The notes beneath the pieces were generated by a model. The model searched no databases and was not told the DNA's origin. It saw nothing but the letters and a program-made list of their open reading frames with translations. 64,000 nt of DNA from Nitrospirota bacterium (lineage in GTDB: Bacteria > Nitrospirota > Leptospirillia > Leptospirillales > Leptospirillaceae): NCBI GenBank assembly GCA_027415345.1, contig DAIBTC010000001.1:12555-76554 (forward strand), written 5' to 3'. Within the stretch, counting starts at the first letter, position 1; each line of letters begins with the position of its first letter. Shown here piece after piece: positions 63,962-64,000 of this stretch. Position numbers and translations under genes: made by a program.

Positions 63962-64000
63962 CAGGACCCCTCCAGGAGACCATCCCTGACGCGGACGGTT
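63961..64000 (-). CDS. 3' end of an upstream gene, probably the cognate ABC ATPase (partial)
   Basis: The minus-strand frame ends ..VRVRDGLLEGS-TGA, overlapping the permease ATG by 1 nt. Only 12 codons are visible. Confidence 0.35.
   Translation of the reverse strand, partial: TVRVRDGLLEGS

Overview
GC-rich (roughly 60% by eye) bacterial chromosome segment. About 46 kb of it is a near-complete flagellar/chemotaxis supercluster. A putative flagellin-modification glycosyltransferase island follows at 46.5-55.7 kb, then a two-partner secretion pair, an IS remnant, three small ORFs including a PilZ-like protein, and a MacAB-like efflux operon on the minus strand. Gene order on the + strand: TPR protein; cytoplasmic histidine kinase plus NtrC-type sigma-54 activator; flgBC-fliEFGHIJ-(ylxF-like)-fliK-flgDE; fliL-fliNOPQR-flhBAFG; fliA; cheY-cheA-mcp-cheW-motAB; four poorly characterised ORFs (including DUF2802-like, FliK-like and FlhB-C-terminal-like); flgFGAHI-flgJ(rod-binding only)-flagellin 1; flgMN-flgKL-csrA-fliW-flagellin 2; fliD-fliS-(fliT-like). 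I read four sigma-54 promoters (flgB, fliL, flgF, glycosyltransferase island), two good sigma-28 promoters (flgM, flagellin 2), one weaker sigma-28-like site (cheY) and a sigma-70-like promoter for fliA. Most interesting signals: (1) csrA has no canonical start and no stop, so it reads in frame into fliW across a C7 tract. (2) A 17-bp CAGGAA-N5-TTCCTG palindrome sits exactly 75 nt upstream of two sigma-54 promoters (a half-site-swapped version sits 64 nt upstream of flgB), which ties the glycosyltransferase island to the flagellar regulon. (3) The glycosyltransferase island has an unusual composition (two GT9-like, two CgeB-like, one GT-methyltransferase-TPR fusion) and carries two apparent frameshifts. 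(4) fliM is absent from its canonical fliL/fliN slot. (5) There is an orphan FliK-like/FlhB-C-terminal-like pair. (6) The MCP has a periplasmic CxxCH motif. No rRNA, tRNA or CRISPR array was recognised. All calls rest on motif and synteny recognition by eye, and no database search was run.
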